DNA of 51,584 nt, from positions 1 to 51,584 of the forward strand of contig JBBREZ010000001.1 of the NCBI GenBank assembly GCA_038225095.1, read 5' to 3'. A program made the position numbers and the translations under genes. Shown here piece after piece: positions 45,825 to 51,584 of this stretch. The notes under the pieces are model-generated. The model was not told where the DNA came from. It did no database searches and saw only the letters and a program-made list of their open reading frames with translations. The first letter of the stretch is position 1. The number at the start of each line of letters is the position of its first letter. The DNA is from Caldilineales bacterium (lineage in GTDB: Bacteria; Chloroflexota; Anaerolineae; Caldilineales; Caldilineaceae).

Positions 45825-46760
45825 GTGGTGGCGAAAAGTTCAGCACAGATCAGGCCAGCCGTCGTCGGGCGACCTATGGTTTACAAGCGAAATTGGTGGG
45901 ACCAGGAAGCAGCGCTCGGCTATTTGTTGATCAGTCCAGCCTTTATCTTTCTCGTCGTTCTGTTGGCCTATCCTTTTGTGATGGCGGTTTATCTCAGCCT
46001 CTCGCGCAAAAGTTTGGGGGCAGACGCGGTCTTTGTCGGGTTCGGTAATTTTGCCAAGTTGGCGGCTTCGGCGCGTTTTTGGCTTACTGTAAAAAACTCC
46101 CTAGTGTATACGACCGGTTCCCTGCTGCTCAAGTTTACCGGTGGCTTGGCGTTGGCCCAACTGCTGAATCGGGCATTCTTCGGCAAACGCATTGTAACCG
46201 CTCTGATTCTGCTGCCATGGATCATTCCCAAGGTCTTCAGCACCTTGGCCTGGTGGTGGATGTTGGACCCGGCGAATAGTATTATCAATGTTCTGTTGAA
46301 GCGCTGGGGGTTGATTACGAATAATCTGCCGTTTTTGGTTGATGCTACTTGGGCGATGATGTCGTTGATCTTTTTGAATATCTGGCGTGGCGTGCCTTTT
46401 TTTGCGATTACCTTTCTAGCCGCAATCCAGACCGTGTCCGAAGAGCTGCTGGAGGCCGCCAAGATGGATGGTGCGGACGCCTGGCAACGCTTTTGGCGCA
46501 TCACCTTTCCGTTGATTGTGCCCGTCGTGATTATTGTCGTGTTGATTTCAACGATCAGCACGCTGTCGGACTTTGAATTGCCCTATTTGTTAACGCAGGG
46601 CGGGCCACGCGACGCAACTTTAGTCTTTGGCCTGTTGAGCTACAATTATGCCTTGAACATTGGTCAACTGGGCATGGGCGCAGCCGTTTCGCTGGCGATG
46701 TTACCCTTGCTGGCAGTGCTCGTGATCTTTTCGTTAATTGAACTACGCCGCCAGCATTAG
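45825..46760 (+). CDS. ABC sugar transporter permease (MalF/UgpA-like)
   Basis: Six TM helices. EAA-type loop EELLEAAKMDGADAWQRFWRITFPL. The start is GTG 45825 or GTG 45828 (SD ggagg). Confidence 0.9.
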   Translation: MVAKSSAQIRPAVVGRPMVYKRNWWDQEAALGYLLISPAFIFLVVLLAYPFVMAVYLSLSRKSLGADAVFVGFGNFAKLAASARFWLTVKNSLVYTTGSLLLKFTGGLALAQLLNRAFFGKRIVTALILLPWIIPKVFSTLAWWWMLDPANSIINVLLKRWGLITNNLPFLVDATWAMMSLIFLNIWRGVPFFAITFLAAIQTVSEELLEAAKMDGADAWQRFWRITFPLIVPVVIIVVLISTISTLSDFELPYLLTQGGPRDATLVFGLLSYNYALNIGQLGMGAAVSLAMLPLLAVLVIFSLIELRRQH

Positions 46761-46786
46761 CTTGGCCTGGGCTAGTAAAGATTAAA

Positions 46787-46885
46787 TCTACCTATTTAGG
46801 CGTAGCGCTGCACAGGTAGATAGGTAGACGCCCATCAGTAGATGGGACGTAAACAGGGAGACAGGGCGTACTCTCTATCTACACA
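46787..46885. repeat. Word-type repeats (tctacctat/ataggtaga; cccatc/gatggg; gggagacaggg) between the two permease genes
   Basis: Inverted pair 46787-46795 / 46820-46828. A second small hairpin lies at about 46830-46848. The gtctccct-family word lies at 46853-46866. Confidence 0.75.
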
Positions 46886-46972
46886 AGGGCTGAACAGTTG
46901 CGATTAAATTTATATGGCCGCTATGTGTAGTTATTAGACTTATCACCATTCGCAGAGCAACCGTGAGGTTCT

Positions 46973-47824
46973 ATGAAACAACGAACATGGCAGCGTTATT
47001 TAAGTCGCTTACTGTTGCCCTATTTGCCGCTGGCGTTGATCCTGTTCATTTTACTCTTTCCTTTCTATTGGATGGTCTTAACCTCTTTCAAGTCGATGAA
47101 AGAAATTTTTGACTACACGCATAGTCCGCTCTGGTTGCATACGCCGATTCTGGATAATTACCTGTTTTTGTTTCAAACCGCGACGTTCGGGCGTTGGTCG
47201 GCGAACAGTATTTTCACCGCGGTGGTTACAACGGCGTTTTCACTAATCGTCTCGATTGCCGCCGGCTATGCGATTGCCCGCTTACGTTTTCGCGGGGCCA
47301 CGCTCGCTGGCATCATCATTTTTATTACCTATCTGGTGCCCAAGACCCTGTTATTCATTCCGCTGGCCCAGTTTTTGCGGCAGATTCATCTGCTAGGCGA
47401 CTTGTCGGCGTTGATGCTCGTCTACCCAACCTTTCTGATTCCGTTTTGCGCCTGGCTATTGACCGGTTATTTTCGCACCGTGCCGATTGAGCCAGAAGAA
47501 TGCGCCATGATCGACGGCTGTAGCCGCTTGGGTGCAGCGATCCGGATCACGTTGCCGATGGCCGCACCAGGTGTGCTGACCGCCGGGATCTTTGCGTTTA
47601 CCCTGTCTTGGAACGAGTTGCTCTATGCCTTGGTCTTTGTCAGCGGCGAGGCCAACAAGACATTGCCGGTCGGTTTAATCAACAGCCTGGCCCAACGTGA
47701 TTTCTTCAATTGGGGGCCGCTGATGGCCGGGGCAACCCTGGGTTCGATCCCAGTGACGTTGGTTTATTTATTCTTCATGGATCTCTATGTGGGCGGTCTG
47801 ACCACAGGGGCCGTGAAGGGATGA
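46973..47824 (+). CDS. ABC sugar transporter permease (MalG/UgpE-like)
   Basis: Six TM helices. EAA loop EPEECAMIDGCSRLGAAIRITLPM. Confidence 0.9.
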   Translation: MKQRTWQRYLSRLLLPYLPLALILFILLFPFYWMVLTSFKSMKEIFDYTHSPLWLHTPILDNYLFLFQTATFGRWSANSIFTAVVTTAFSLIVSIAAGYAIARLRFRGATLAGIIIFITYLVPKTLLFIPLAQFLRQIHLLGDLSALMLVYPTFLIPFCAWLLTGYFRTVPIEPEECAMIDGCSRLGAAIRITLPMAAPGVLTAGIFAFTLSWNELLYALVFVSGEANKTLPVGLINSLAQRDFFNWGPLMAGATLGSIPVTLVYLFFMDLYVGGLTTGAVKG

Positions 47825-47829
47825 AACAA

Positions 47830-47900
47830 GTGCGGAATGCGGAGTGCGGAGTGCGGAATGAACCAACACTCTGCATTCCGTATTCTTCACTCCGCATTCA
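47830..47900. repeat. Imperfect palindrome built on gcggagt/gcggaat heptamers
   Basis: gtgcggaatgcggagtgcggagtgcggaatg (47830-47860) against cattccgtattcttcactccgcattc (47875-47900). The same words occur inside mvaA at 6812-6840. Confidence 0.85.
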
Positions 47901-47920
47901 TAAAGTACGGAGATTGTTGC

Positions 47921-48985
47921 ATGCAGGATTGGTATCATCTAGAAAAAGCGCGGGTTGTGCGGTTGAATGCCGTTTTGAACCCGAACCAATATGAAGCGGC
48001 GCTATTTCACCAATATCATCTCAACCCCGTCCATGTGGAAGCAGCGACGCCGGCAGAGTTGATTGCAGTATTAGAAGATTGCGACGCGCTTTTTGCTGTC
48101 TCGGTGAAGTTACCGACGCCCGTGATTGAGAGCCTGAAGCACTGTAAGGTCATCTCACGCCTGGGCACGGGCACCGATAAGATCGACGTAGCCACCGCGA
48201 CAAGCCGCGGGATTGTCGTGACGAATGTACCGTATTTCTGCGTGGAGGAACAAGCGGATCATGCGATGGCGTTGTTGCTGGCGCTGGAGCGCAAGTTGCC
48301 GCAAATGGATGCAGCCACGCGCGCCGGGGAATGGAACCGTGCGCGCTACCAATCCCATCCGAATCGTCGGCTTTCCGTGCTCACGCTGGGCCTGATCGGG
48401 TTTGGCAATTCAGCGCGCGAAACAGCGCGGCGCGCCATAGCCTTTGGAATGCGCGTGCTGGCCACGCGGCGTAACATGAGCGCATCCCACGCCGAGGCGG
48501 ATGCGTTGGGTGTCGAGATGGTGGATTTGGACACTGTGTTGCGCGAATCTGACTACGTGTCACTGCATTTGCCATTGGAGAAGGAAACCTTCCACTTATT
48601 AGACGAGGCAGCACTGCGCAAAATGAAACCCTCGGCCTATCTGATCAACACGGCGCGCGGCGCGATTGTGGATGAAATGGCGTTGGTCGACTTGTTGCGC
48701 GCCAACGTGATTGCAGGGGCAGGGCTCGATACTTTCGAGCACATTGATGTTTTTATCCCCGATGGGCCACCACCGCCGCACCCGCTGTTGCAGCTTGACA
48801 ACGTGATTCTGACGCCGCATGTGGCCGCGATGTCGATTCAGGCGGCGCAGGATGTCGCGCGCGGGGGTGTCGAAAACATGGTTTCTATTCTCAGCGGTCA
48901 TTGGCCGATTTCAGAAAATATTGTTAACCGCGGGGTCAAACCCTGGTTCCCCTTACACGAATATGATCCGACGCTGTTGAAATAG
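47921..48985 (+). CDS. D-isomer-specific 2-hydroxyacid dehydrogenase family protein
   Basis: NAD-binding GLIGFGNSARETARRA, INTARG, and catalytic ...TPHVAA... . I chose the ATG at 47921 because the ORF-track start at 47837 lies inside the repeat. Confidence 0.85.
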   Translation: MQDWYHLEKARVVRLNAVLNPNQYEAALFHQYHLNPVHVEAATPAELIAVLEDCDALFAVSVKLPTPVIESLKHCKVISRLGTGTDKIDVATATSRGIVVTNVPYFCVEEQADHAMALLLALERKLPQMDAATRAGEWNRARYQSHPNRRLSVLTLGLIGFGNSARETARRAIAFGMRVLATRRNMSASHAEADALGVEMVDLDTVLRESDYVSLHLPLEKETFHLLDEAALRKMKPSAYLINTARGAIVDEMALVDLLRANVIAGAGLDTFEHIDVFIPDGPPPPHPLLQLDNVILTPHVAAMSIQAAQDVARGGVENMVSILSGHWPISENIVNRGVKPWFPLHEYDPTLLK

Positions 48986-48995
48986 CTATACCAAA

Positions 48996-49124
48996 ATCAG
49001 AATGAAAGCGGACCCCCTCCTAACCCTCTCCTTACGAGGGGAGGAACTGTTGCTTCGTCTACCCCTGATCAGTCCCCTCCCTTACCAGGGGAGGGCTAGG
49101 GTGGGGTCCGCTTTTCGTTCTGAC
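48996..49124. repeat. Nested palindrome (outer aaagcggacccc / ggggtccgcttt, two inner hairpins), terminator-like
   Basis: gcggacccc (49008-49016) pairs with ggggtccgc (49103-49111) and is followed by ttttcg. The inner hairpins are cctctcc-ttacga-ggggagg and tcccctccc-ttacca-ggggaggg. Confidence 0.85.
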
Positions 49125-49168
49125 ATCAGTATACTTGTAGATTAGACATTAGTCGGATTAACAAAGAT

Positions 49169-49240
49169 GGGAGACAGGGGAAACAGGTATACAGGTGATG
49201 TCTACCTGTTTCCTTGTCTCCCAGTGGTAAATGCTTATTC
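49169..49240. repeat. Inverted copy of the dispersed element seen at 12461-12539
   Basis: The palindrome is gggagacagg...ccttgtctccc around caggtatacaggtgatgtctacctg. The 17-mer at 49224-49240 and the 19-mer at 49191-49209 are shared with the 12.5-kb locus. Confidence 0.9.
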
Positions 49241-49302
49241 GGAATCATGTCTATTGTAAATAATACTACTAGCCCCACTCATGGGCAGAAGGAAACGGTA
49301 CG

Positions 49303-50118
49303 ATGGAAATTACAGCACAACAAAAACAATTTTTCGAGACGTTTGGCTATCTGGTGTAGCCAGGGTTGCTTAAAGATGATATTAGCTGGATCACGGAAGA
49401 ATTTGAAGCGGTTTTCCACGACCGCGGCATCGTGCATGACGGCATGCAACGCTCGTGTATCGTGCCCTTTATTGACCAACGTGAACGTTTCTGCAAGCTA
49501 CTGGATCAGCCTAAAGTTGTCAATTTGATGACCAGTTTGATCGGTGACAATTTCAATTATCTGGGCGGCGACGGCAATTTCTACACCGGCGATACGCGCT
49601 GGCACAGCGACGGTTTCCATACGATTGGCAAATATTTGAAGGTAGCGTTCTATTTGGACCCCGTCACGCGTGACAGCGGCGCGCTGCGCGTGATCCCCGG
49701 TTCGCATCGCATCGATCTGCGCGATAACTGGGATGCGCGCAAGGCGCGCGAGTCTATGGCACTGTGGGGCATTGAACAAAATCAGGTGCCAGCCATCGCA
49801 CTCGAATCGCAACCCGGCGATGTGGTTGCTTTCAACCATAATTTGATGCACGCCGCATTTGGGGGCAATCAATGGCGCCGGATGTTTACGATCAACGCCT
49901 GTGCGCATGGCGAAACGGCGGAAGAACTCCAAGAATTGGAGAACTTTATCGCCGGCGGCGCCCGCTTCTGGGTTGACCATGCGCATTCGGAGATTATGCG
50001 CAATACCGCGTCGCCCCAGCGTATGCGCTTTCTCCAACAGGTGATCGAGCACGAGGGTCATCTACCGGCGTTGGCGGCGAAGGCGCGGGCAGAGATGGCA
50101 GAACCGGCGCGCGGCTAG
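49303..50118 (+). pseudogene. Phytanoyl-CoA dioxygenase (PhyH) family Fe(II)/2-oxoglutarate oxygenase with an in-frame TAG at codon 19 (49357-49359)
   Basis: From the ATG at 49303 the reading is MEITAQQKQFFETFGYLV*PGLLKDDISWITEEFEAVF.... The paralogue at 50911 reads ..LNFFKTFGYLSFPGMMADRL.. across the same region. HSDG...H and RVIPGSH motifs are present downstream. The ORF track starts only at TTG 49366. Confidence 0.65.
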
Positions 50119-50173
50119 CGCATTATTGTGAGTAATTCGCCCCGATGAAACCCAGCATGGGGATAGGATAGTG

Positions 50174-50869
50174 ATGAATTCATTAGCTTTGACCCCAGTT
50201 TTACAACGGACGCTCAGCGACGAAGCGGCGGATCGGCTACGTTCAGCCATTCGTAACGGTGTTTTGCGCCCCGGCGTACGGTTGGTGGAGCGCGAGTTGG
50301 CCGAACGCCTTGGCATGAGCCGCATCCCGATTCGCGAGGCGATCCAGCGGCTGGCTGAAGAAGGGTTGGTGCGTAAAACAACGCATCGGGGCACCTTTGT
50401 CTACGCGCCGACGCCCGCCGAGATCGAAGAAATATCATCATTGCGGGTGGTGCTTGAGTGTTTTGTTGTTGAGCGCGTCATCAAGCATTGGCAACCTGAA
50501 CATGCAGACCGCTTACGCCAGATCGTCAATGCCATGCGCCAGGCCGCGACGCAAAATGACATCCAACAAGTCTACGAGCATGACTATTTATTCCACAGCG
50601 CCATGTGGGAAATCGCCGATCATAGCCTGCTGCTCGAAGTTGTTTCTAGTTTACGTTCGCGCATTAACCGTTTTTTGCATGAAGCGAATAGCGTATTGAC
50701 CACTTCGCAGCTCGACATGCACATCAATTCGCACGACGACTTAATTGAAGTGTTGAAAAGTGGCGATGCGCTACGGGCCAAGGAAGTATTCACCGCCCAT
50801 GTATTGGGGGCCAAAGAGCGCATTTTGTTATATTGCGCGCTGCCCGCTTCGTCCAAACCAGTGCGCTGA
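50174..50869 (+). CDS. GntR-family transcriptional regulator (FadR/FCD subfamily)
   Basis: N-terminal wHTH ...LRPGVRLVERELAERLGMSRIPIREAIQRLAEEGLV, then an all-helical FCD-like C-terminal domain. The ATG at 50174 has agga 5 nt upstream; the GTG at 50171 is also possible. Confidence 0.85.
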   Translation: MNSLALTPVLQRTLSDEAADRLRSAIRNGVLRPGVRLVERELAERLGMSRIPIREAIQRLAEEGLVRKTTHRGTFVYAPTPAEIEEISSLRVVLECFVVERVIKHWQPEHADRLRQIVNAMRQAATQNDIQQVYEHDYLFHSAMWEIADHSLLLEVVSSLRSRINRFLHEANSVLTTSQLDMHINSHDDLIEVLKSGDALRAKEVFTAHVLGAKERILLYCALPASSKPVR

Positions 50870-50910
50870 CGCGACCAAACAAGACAGCCATAAATTCAAA
50901 GGAGAAAATA

Positions 50911-51456
50911 ATGCCTAACTCAATCTATCAATTGACGGATGCCCAGCTTAATTTTTTTAAGACCTTTGGTTATCTCAGCTTTCCCGGCATGATGGCGGAT
51001 CGGCTCGCTGAAATCAATCATGAATTCGAGGCCATCTGGGCAGCGCAGGGTGGCGGCCATTATGGTAAAGAGCATGATGGCACCGCCCGTTCTTGCATCG
51101 CCGGTTTTGTCGATCAAAGTGCTACCCTTTCAACCCTTTTGGATGACCCGCGCATTATGGGGATTGCCACGAGTCTGTTGGGCGAAGATTTCAATTATAT
51201 GGGCAGCGATGGCAATTATTATGTGGGCGACACCGGTTGGCATTCCGACGGCTGGCGCAAAGAACTTTTGAACATCAAAATCGCCTTTTACCTCGATCCT
51301 TTGACGCGTGACACCGGGGCCTTGCGTGTCATTCCCGGCAGCCATCTGATCGGTGATCGTTATGCCGATGGGTTGCAGGCCCAGATTCGGCAAAGCCCGG
51401 CGCTTTGGAACATGAAAGGGCCGGAATTGCCAGCGGTTGCGTTAGAGACTGTTTAA
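50911..51456 (+). pseudogene. PhyH-family dioxygenase paralogue, 3'-truncated by an IS element
   Basis: SD aaaggag precedes the ATG at 50911. The gene is collinear with the 49303 paralogue up to ..PAVALET (the paralogue continues ..AIALESQPGDVVAFNHNLMH..). It then reads V-stop, and transposase-coding sequence follows on the opposite strand. Confidence 0.7.
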
Positions 51457-51584
51457 AAAGGTCAGGCCGGTGCCAATCGACGAAGCATAAGTCGAATCAT
51501 GGCAATGTGAATAAACGCTTCACTCGAAATAGGAAGGCGTTCGTAATCTTTTGATAAACGCCTTTGATGATTGAGCCAAGCGAA
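51450..51584 (-). mobile_element. IS5/IS4-superfamily insertion sequence, terminal part (rest is beyond the window)
   Basis: The element begins where PhyH homology stops (~51450). It contains the 3' end of a DDE transposase gene on the minus strand. Confidence 0.7.
51462..51584 (-). CDS. IS5-family DDE transposase, C-terminal 40 codons (partial)
   Basis: The minus-strand translation [40 protein letters not shown]-stop is the highly conserved C-terminal tail of IS5-family transposases (..ErtFaWL...[10 protein letters not shown]...seA.i.[11 protein letters not shown]). Confidence 0.8.
   Translation of the reverse strand, partial: FAWLNHQRRLSKDYERLPISSEAFIHIAMIRLMLRRLAPA

Noticed and set aside
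47694-47760. A tRNA-like T-arm motif (ctgggttcgatcccag, 47738-47753) with a partly complementary acceptor-like pair (aacgtga / tgacgtt).
   Set aside because: The candidate would be only ~67 nt. It has no credible D-arm or 7-nt anticodon loop, and the T-loop would be 6 nt. It also lies wholly inside the conserved MalG-like permease reading frame.

Overview
This 51.6-kb segment looks chromosomal and comes from a moderately GC-rich bacterium. The gene content hints at a Chloroflexota-like organism, but that is inference only: archaeal-type HMG-CoA synthase next to a class II HMG-CoA reductase, a DUF433/DUF5615 pair, a fasciclin lipoprotein, and a giant beta-helix/DUF11 secreted protein. I count about 35 apparently intact protein genes. 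They include ftsH, ftsK, ychF, an MsbA-like ABC exporter, a hybrid histidine kinase, a VIT-vWA protein and a MoxR/DUF4350/DUF4129 module. They also include a CUT1-type sugar ABC importer lacking its ATPase, GNAT acetyltransferases, a GntR regulator and an enolase-superfamily enzyme. I found no rRNA, tRNA or CRISPR array.

Three things stand out.
1. A GrdB-like gene is split by the ORF track at a single in-frame UGA. That codon sits at the family's Sec position (U-x-x-C), and a SECIS-like hairpin follows it. This is a candidate orphan selenoprotein.
2. The intergenic spaces are densely populated by palindromic repeats of several kinds. There are REP-like hairpins with GTAGG...CCTAC termini, arms built from tandem 7-8-nt 'words', and a 64-nt element with terminal inverted repeats. 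These are often nested inside one another. One 'word' repeat is inserted in frame inside the HMG-CoA reductase gene.
3. Gene decay is conspicuous. A serine hydrolase is frameshifted. A Phd antitoxin and a PhyH dioxygenase each carry a single amber codon. A DUF5615 gene and a tyrosine phosphatase gene are truncated and abut each other. A PIN toxin remnant survives. A second PhyH paralogue is cut by an IS5-family element at the window end.

All calls rest on reading the sequence and translations by eye. No database search was possible.
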